Below, in pieces: positions 58,260 to 64,000 of a DNA stretch of 64,000 nt. The position numbers were made by a program, and so were the translations under genes. This stretch comes from a bacterium (lineage in GTDB: Bacteria; SAR324; NAC60-12), in the NCBI GenBank assembly GCA_965205865.1, contig CBDBHR010000028.1:224001-288000 (forward strand), in the 5' to 3' direction. Within the stretch, counting starts at the first letter, position 1. Each line of letters starts with the position of its first letter. The notes under the pieces are model-generated. The model was not told the origin of the DNA and made no database searches. It saw nothing but the letters and a program-made list of their open reading frames with translations.

Positions 58260-58472
58260 ATGGAAAGAACAGAAAAATCCCGCAAGCCAACACCTCACGA
58301 CGCGATTCTACTCAGTCAGGCCATTGTGGAAAAACGGCCCATAAGCATTACTTTCCTGGACGGTGACGTGATGATCGAACAGGTCCGCTGGCATACTGTG
58401 GAATGTATAGGATTGAGGGATGGCAAAATTGTTAACAAGCAGGCCATCAAATTTTGGGAATTGATGGCATAA
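58260..58472 (+). CDS. Small protein, possible divergent Hfq/Sm fold
   Basis: 70 aa; RPISITFLDG and IVNKQAI resemble the Hfq Sm1 and Sm2 motifs. Confidence 0.45.
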   Translation: MERTEKSRKPTPHDAILLSQAIVEKRPISITFLDGDVMIEQVRWHTVECIGLRDGKIVNKQAIKFWELMA

Positions 58473-58490
58473 TTTGGAAAGAGCAGTGCC

Positions 58491-59513
58491 GTGACCAGTT
58501 ATTTTATCCGCCGGCTCCTTTTGGTGGGACCTACTTTCATCGGAATCACCCTGGTTGTTTTTACAATCACCCGCTTTGTTCCGGGAGGACCTATTGAAAG
58601 GATCATTGCCCAAGCCCAGCAAATGAATGCGGGAGAAAGATCCACATCACAATCGCTGGAGAATGACGCGCCCCTCTCTCCCGAACAGATTGAAATGCTC
58701 AAAAAGTTTTACGGGTTTGATAAACCGGTTTTTATCAGTTATATCGAATGGTTGGGCAAGGTCGTCACCTTCGATTTGGGCAACTCCACGCGCTACTACG
58801 ATCCCGTCTGGGAAATCATCAAAGAGAAGTTGCCGATTTCTATTTATTACGGAGTTGTCACTACGGTCTTGACCTACCTGGTATGTATCCCGCTTGGCGT
58901 ACTGAAAGCCATCAAACATAAAACTTTGATAGACAGCACTTCATCTATTTTCATTCTGACCGGATATGCTCTGCCCGGCTTCATAGTGGCCATTGTCCTT
59001 TTTGTCTGGCCGGCAGCTCAATGGGATTGGTTCCCCTTAGGCGATTTCGTCAGTGAGGATTTCGACGACTTATCCCTTCCTGGAAAAGCGTGGGATGTGG
59101 TTTTTCATTCCGTTTTGCCTTTGATTGCCTATATGTTGGGAGGCTTTGCCACCATGACGTTTTTAATGAAAAACACTTTGATGGATCACCTTGCTTCCGA
59201 TTACGTCAGAACGGCCATTGCCAAGGGACTCTCTTTCAGAGGCGCGGTGTTCAAACATGCATTGCGTAATAGTCTCATCCCTTTGGCGACTCATTTTGGT
59301 AACAACATCACTTTATTCCTGGCCGGTTCTTTCCTGATTGAAAAAGTGTTCAATATCGATGGTCTGGGGCTGCTTGGATTTGAATCGTTGGTGGAACGGG
59401 ATTATCCCATCGTGCTGGGAGTCCTGGTTATTTCATCCGTTTTGGGGCTGCTGGGTAATATTTTGTCCGATGTATGCGTGGCCTTGGTCGACCCCCGTGT
59501 CACATTTGATTGA
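58491..59513 (+). CDS. yejB: Oligopeptide ABC permease YejB-like
   Basis: FVPGGPIE, YGFDKP, YVRTAIAKGL, VDPRVTF. Confidence 0.88.
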   Translation: MTSYFIRRLLLVGPTFIGITLVVFTITRFVPGGPIERIIAQAQQMNAGERSTSQSLENDAPLSPEQIEMLKKFYGFDKPVFISYIEWLGKVVTFDLGNSTRYYDPVWEIIKEKLPISIYYGVVTTVLTYLVCIPLGVLKAIKHKTLIDSTSSIFILTGYALPGFIVAIVLFVWPAAQWDWFPLGDFVSEDFDDLSLPGKAWDVVFHSVLPLIAYMLGGFATMTFLMKNTLMDHLASDYVRTAIAKGLSFRGAVFKHALRNSLIPLATHFGNNITLFLAGSFLIEKVFNIDGLGLLGFESLVERDYPIVLGVLVISSVLGLLGNILSDVCVALVDPRVTFD

Positions 59514-59555
59514 TCCCCCTCACCCTGACCCTCTCCCTCCAGGGGAGAGGGAACA
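59512..59555 (+). repeat. Palindromic intergenic repeat, copy 1
   Basis: ATCCCCCTCACCCTGACCCTCTCCCTCCAGGGGAGAGGGAACA. Confidence 0.9.
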
Positions 59556-60611
59556 ATGAAAGAAATGATGCGTATCAATCCGCTTACATTGAAAAAAATA
59601 AAACGATTTCGTTCGATCAAGCGAGGTTTTTTCTCATTGATTCTATTCGGATTCATGTTGCTGCTGGCAATCTTTGCCGAATTGTGGATCAACAACAGGG
59701 CCTTGCTGGTATATTATGAAGAATCATTTTATTTCCCAATATACGGTTCGATTATTCCTGGAAAAGTCTTTGGATTGGAGTATGCCTACGAAACCAATTA
59801 CAAACAATTGCAGAAAAAATTTCAGCAAGAAGGAGGAGCGAATTTCGTGATCATGCCGCTCGTGCCTTACAATGCCTATGAAATCGATTTGCCGGAGACT
59901 GAATTTCCTCCTTTTCCTCCTTCCCTGAAATCCGGACATTATCTGGGGACGGACGCCATCGGTCGGGACATGGTTGCGCGATTGGTCTATGGATTTCGCG
60001 TCTGTATCGCTTATGCTCTCTCTCTGCTTTTCATGACTTTTGTCATTGGAATCGCCTTGGGATGTTTGATGGGCTACTGGGGAGGCAAGTTCGATTTGTT
60101 CTTTCAACGCTTGATCGAAGTCTGGTCCGCCATTCCTTTTCTTTACATCATCATGATAATCGCTTCCATTGTGGAGCCCAACCTGTTAATGTTGGTGGTC
60201 ATTTCCGTTATCTTTGGTTGGATGGGATTGACCTGGTACATGCGCACCGCAACATATAAAGAAAAAGCCAGGGACTATGTGATGGCCGCCAGAGCGCTGG
60301 GGGCTTCCAATGCAAGAATAATCTTTCATCATATACTTCCCAACGCGATTTCCTTGATCGTGACTTTTGTTCCCTTTTCGGTGGCAGCCGGCATTTCAGG
60401 TCTGACGGCGCTGGACTATCTGGGATTCGGCCTGCAACCACCGACTCCGAGTTGGGGGGAATTGCTCCAGCAGGGGACGACGAATCTGCAGGCGCTTTGG
60501 ATCATCAGTTCCATTGTGACCGCCCTGGTGATGGTATTGGTGAGTATCACCTTCATCGGCGAAGCGGTACGGGAAGGATTTGACCCGAAAATGCACACAA
60601 CCTTTGAATAA
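59556..60611 (+). CDS. yejE: Oligopeptide ABC permease YejE-like
   Basis: RFRSIKRGFFS, LGTDAIGRD, LDYLGFGL, GEAVREGFDP. Confidence 0.88.
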   Translation: MKEMMRINPLTLKKIKRFRSIKRGFFSLILFGFMLLLAIFAELWINNRALLVYYEESFYFPIYGSIIPGKVFGLEYAYETNYKQLQKKFQQEGGANFVIMPLVPYNAYEIDLPETEFPPFPPSLKSGHYLGTDAIGRDMVARLVYGFRVCIAYALSLLFMTFVIGIALGCLMGYWGGKFDLFFQRLIEVWSAIPFLYIIMIIASIVEPNLLMLVVISVIFGWMGLTWYMRTATYKEKARDYVMAARALGASNARIIFHHILPNAISLIVTFVPFSVAAGISGLTALDYLGFGLQPPTPSWGELLQQGTTNLQALWIISSIVTALVMVLVSITFIGEAVREGFDPKMHTTFE

Positions 60612-60636
60612 CAAAACCTTGATAATGGAGAAAATC

Positions 60637-62538
60637 ATGACCTTAAAATTATTTGTAAAATTTCTGGTGGGAAGCCTGTTGCTGCTCACTTTGTCAGGGA
60701 ACTCGACGGCTGAAACGTCGTCGGACAATCTCACAGACACTCGTCTGGCTGACGCACTGGCTCAGTGTGAAATCCAGGCGATTGAAACACCTTCAGAAGA
60801 TCTCGAGTCTGAGAACCTCGAACTGCCGGACAATCTCGAATGGCTGACCAATGACACGACCGCCGTCTTTGCCGATCCCAATGCAAAAAAAGGGGGAACC
60901 TACCGCAGGTTCATGCTGGCTTTTCCCTTGACACTACGTCAGGTGGGACCCGATTCCAACAGCAGTTTTCGTAGTAATCTCGATGGCAACACAATGTCTC
61001 TGATAAATCTGCATCCCAACACGGAGGAACTGCTTCCTGAATTGGCAACGCATTGGGCCTATGGCGAGGACAAGAAAACCATGTACTTCAAACTGGATCC
61101 CAATGCTCGTTGGTCAGACGGGCATCCCGTCACGGCCGATGATTATCTCTTTATCCTCGAATTCATGCGTTCCGAACACATAATCGCCCCTTGGTATAAC
61201 AATTATTTTACCGAGAAAATAGACAAGGTGGTCAAATACGATGATCATACGATTTCTATCTCGGCCAATAAAGTTGATCCCGATTTGTTTCTGATACTCA
61301 ATCTTGCCCCTGTTCCGAAACATTTCTATGAAACACTGACGCCGGACTTCGTGCAAAAATACAATTGGGAGGTCGTTCCCAACGCCGGTCCTTACCAGAT
61401 CGATGATGTCAAGAAAGGGAAAAGCGTGACCTTCAAACGTAAAAAGGACTGGTGGGCCAAGGATTACAAATACTTCAAGGGACGTTTCAACGTCAATAAG
61501 GTCGTGATTTCTGTGATACGGGACTACAACACGGTTTTCGAATATTTCAAGAAACAGCGGCTCGATGATTTTGCTCTCACCTTGCCCACCTACTGGCACG
61601 AGAAGGCCAAAGATATGGACATTTATGACAAGGGATATATCGAAAAGCGCTGGTTCTATACGGACAGTCGTATTTCACCAGGGGGATTCTGGTTGAATGA
61701 GGACAAGGAAATTTTCAAAGATCCCAACGTCCGCCATTCCTTTGCCCATGCCATGAACATGGACAAACTGCTCAATGGTTTGCTGCGAGGAGATTATAGC
61801 CGGCTGCAAAGATTCAATACCGGTTTTGGAGAATATACTAATCTAAGTATCCGAGCCCGTACCTTCGATATCGCAAAGGTCGAGGAGTTGATGACCGCAT
61901 CCGGTTGGCAACGGGGTGAGGACGGGATCTGGACCAAAGGGGAGATGCGCTATTCCGTTAAAGTAACCTATCACTTCGATCCCCATACCCCACGCCTGGT
62001 GCTCTTGAAGGAAGAAGCGAAAAAAGCAGGAATCGAAATGAACCTGCAAAAATTGGATAGTAGCGCTGCCTTCAAATTGATTCTGGAAAAAAAGCATGAA
62101 GTGGCCTGGATGGGTTGGAGCACGCCTTTTCGTCCCCGCTATTGGCAGGGCTTCCATTCCGATAACGCGCATAAAGCGCAAACCAACAACATCACCAACA
62201 CCGATGATACTGAATTGGACGAGTTGATCATGAATTATCGTGACTGCATCGTACCGGATGGGCGCGTCAAACTGGCCCACATCATTCAAGAAAAGATCTA
62301 CCAAATAGGCTCCTTTGTACCCAGTTACAAAGTAGGGTATTTCAGAACGGGTCATTGGCGCTGGTGGCGATTCCCCGAGGTGGTAGCCACCAAGAATTCG
62401 GATGCTTTATTTGAGCCATTTGGAACCGGGTTATTTTGGCTGGATGCCGATGTCAAGGAAGAAACCGAGCAAGCCATGAAGAGTGAAAAGACTTTTGAAC
62501 CCCAAACCCTCATCGATACGACCTTCAAGGTGGATTGA
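60637..62538 (+). CDS. yejA: Extracellular solute-binding protein YejA-like
   Basis: Signal peptide, DPNAKKGG, ARWSDGHPVTADD, GPYQI. Confidence 0.82.
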   Translation: MTLKLFVKFLVGSLLLLTLSGNSTAETSSDNLTDTRLADALAQCEIQAIETPSEDLESENLELPDNLEWLTNDTTAVFADPNAKKGGTYRRFMLAFPLTLRQVGPDSNSSFRSNLDGNTMSLINLHPNTEELLPELATHWAYGEDKKTMYFKLDPNARWSDGHPVTADDYLFILEFMRSEHIIAPWYNNYFTEKIDKVVKYDDHTISISANKVDPDLFLILNLAPVPKHFYETLTPDFVQKYNWEVVPNAGPYQIDDVKKGKSVTFKRKKDWWAKDYKYFKGRFNVNKVVISVIRDYNTVFEYFKKQRLDDFALTLPTYWHEKAKDMDIYDKGYIEKRWFYTDSRISPGGFWLNEDKEIFKDPNVRHSFAHAMNMDKLLNGLLRGDYSRLQRFNTGFGEYTNLSIRARTFDIAKVEELMTASGWQRGEDGIWTKGEMRYSVKVTYHFDPHTPRLVLLKEEAKKAGIEMNLQKLDSSAAFKLILEKKHEVAWMGWSTPFRPRYWQGFHSDNAHKAQTNNITNTDDTELDELIMNYRDCIVPDGRVKLAHIIQEKIYQIGSFVPSYKVGYFRTGHWRWWRFPEVVATKNSDALFEPFGTGLFWLDADVKEETEQAMKSEKTFEPQTLIDTTFKVD

Positions 62539-62553
62539 AAACGAGGGACGATT

Positions 62554-63564
62554 TTGAGTAGTGACGTGCTTTTGGAAGTCAAAAACCTGGTGACTGCTTT
62601 TGAAACCGAAGCCGGAGCGATCCATGCAGTGGAAAACGTCAGTTTTCAACTCGAAAGAAGCCAGACCTTGGGGATTGTCGGGGAATCCGGGTGTGGAAAA
62701 AGCGTGACTTCGCTCTCAATAATGCGTTTGCTGCCCAAACCTTTTGGCTACGTGGTTTCCGGCGAGGTTCTTCTGGAGGGACGGGATCTGCTCAAACTCA
62801 CTGCGGAAGAAATGCGTCATGTCCGCGGAAACCGCATTTCGATGATATTTCAAGAACCAATGACGGCGCTCAATCCACTGCATCGCGTTGGCAATCAAAT
62901 TGGCGAAGCATTGAAGCTCCATCAACCCGACATGGAGAAAAAGGATGTATTTTCTGAATCCGTTGAACTTCTGAAGAAAGTCGGAATCCCCGCTCCCGAA
63001 CAACGAATCCGGGAATACCCCCATCAACTTTCCGGAGGCATGCGCCAGCGGGTGATGATTGCCATCGCGCTTGCCTGCAGACCTGATATTCTCATTGCCG
63101 ATGAGCCGACTACCGCTTTGGATGTCACCATTCAAGCACAGATTCTGGAGCTGATGTTGACGTTGCAACAAGAAACGGGAATGGCGATTATCCTCATCAC
63201 TCATGACTTGGGGGTGATTGCAGAGACTTGTGATGAGGTCGTCGTCATGTATGCAGGCAAAGTTGCCGAAAAAGCTTCTGTCTACGATCTCTTCCAGTTT
63301 CCCAAACATCCTTATACTCGAGGTTTGCTGGCTTCCATTCCCAGTTTGTCTTCCGTACCCAAAAAAGAACTGCAGACGATTGAAGGGACGGTTCCCGAAT
63401 TGACCGCATTTCCGGCAGGCTGTCGCTTCCAAAACCGCTGTTTTTACCAAAGAATACGATGTTCAGCGGTTGTTCCCCCTTTAGAGGCGGTCAATGCAAA
63501 ACACTGGGTCAGTTGTTTCCGTTGGCAGGAGGTCGAGAAGGAGATCTCTGCAGATTCTCATTAA
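62554..63564 (+). CDS. oppD: Oligopeptide ABC ATPase
   Basis: [34 protein letters not shown]. Confidence 0.92.
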   Translation: MSSDVLLEVKNLVTAFETEAGAIHAVENVSFQLERSQTLGIVGESGCGKSVTSLSIMRLLPKPFGYVVSGEVLLEGRDLLKLTAEEMRHVRGNRISMIFQEPMTALNPLHRVGNQIGEALKLHQPDMEKKDVFSESVELLKKVGIPAPEQRIREYPHQLSGGMRQRVMIAIALACRPDILIADEPTTALDVTIQAQILELMLTLQQETGMAIILITHDLGVIAETCDEVVVMYAGKVAEKASVYDLFQFPKHPYTRGLLASIPSLSSVPKKELQTIEGTVPELTAFPAGCRFQNRCFYQRIRCSAVVPPLEAVNAKHWVSCFRWQEVEKEISADSH

Positions 63565-63607
63565 TCCCCCTCACCCTGACCCTCTCCCTCCGGGGGAGAG
63601 GGAACAA
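63564..63607 (+). repeat. Palindromic intergenic repeat, copy 2
   Basis: One mismatch to the copy at 59512. Confidence 0.9.
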
Positions 63608-63619
63608 CGAATGTGGCGT

Positions 63620-64000
63620 ATGTCGGAGTATTTCCTGGAAGTCAAAAACCTTAAAAAATATTTTCCAATCTACGGTGGCGTTTTTTTTCGTCAGATTGCC
63701 AACGTTTATGCCTTGGACGGAGTGTCTTTTGGTATCAGGCAGGGGGAAACCGTTGGTTTGGTGGGAGAATCCGGATGCGGCAAGACGACACTGGGACGCA
63801 CTGTATTGCGCTTGTATGATCCGACTGAGGGACAAATTTTTTTCAAAGGAACCAACATCACCACCTTTCCTCAAAATGCAATGCGTCGAATCCGTAATAA
63901 GATGCAGATGATTTTTCAGGATCCTTTTGAATCTCTCAATGCCCGTCACACTGTGCAAACCATTTTAGAGGAACCGTTTATAATCCACCATGTTGGCGCG
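63620..64000 (+). CDS. oppF: Oligopeptide ABC ATPase (partial, runs off the window)
   Basis: MSEYFLEVKNLKKYFPI...ALDGVSF...GESGCGKTT...QMIFQDPFESLN. Confidence 0.9.
   Translation, partial: MSEYFLEVKNLKKYFPIYGGVFFRQIANVYALDGVSFGIRQGETVGLVGESGCGKTTLGRTVLRLYDPTEGQIFFKGTNITTFPQNAMRRIRNKMQMIFQDPFESLNARHTVQTILEEPFIIHHVGA

Overview
Bacterial chromosomal window; the housekeeping gene set looks deltaproteobacterial/SAR324-like (inference). Left core block (1-18011): type II secretion operon gspL-M-N-mltG-gspF-G-H-I-J, HU, S41 protease, REC-GGDEF cyclase, thrH, bactofilin, murF, S9 peptidase and tRNA-Ile2(CAT). A ~32 kb decaying accessory island (~18012-50270) starts directly behind the tRNA and has no visible integrase. 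It holds a degraded SNF2-DUF3883/DUF1156/DUF499 restriction-like system with an embedded MNT-HEPN module, a nuclease-STAND (Avs-like) gene with a partner gene, IS5, IS630, IS66 and IS200 remnants, a SWIM-SNF2 helicase, several toxin-antitoxin cassettes with attC-like sites, an ATPase-less peptide ABC transporter and three group II intron pieces. Right core block: TPP riboswitch-thiBP, a GIY-YIG nuclease inside perfect 29-bp inverted repeats, minor pilins, PpiD, an Hfq-like protein and a yej/opp ABC operon. The best lead is an ORF-less group II intron-like RNA (39296-40204) nested in the domain III region of another group II intron. Its EBS1-position loop is exactly complementary to that site, its own homologous site is altered, and its domain V is non-canonical.
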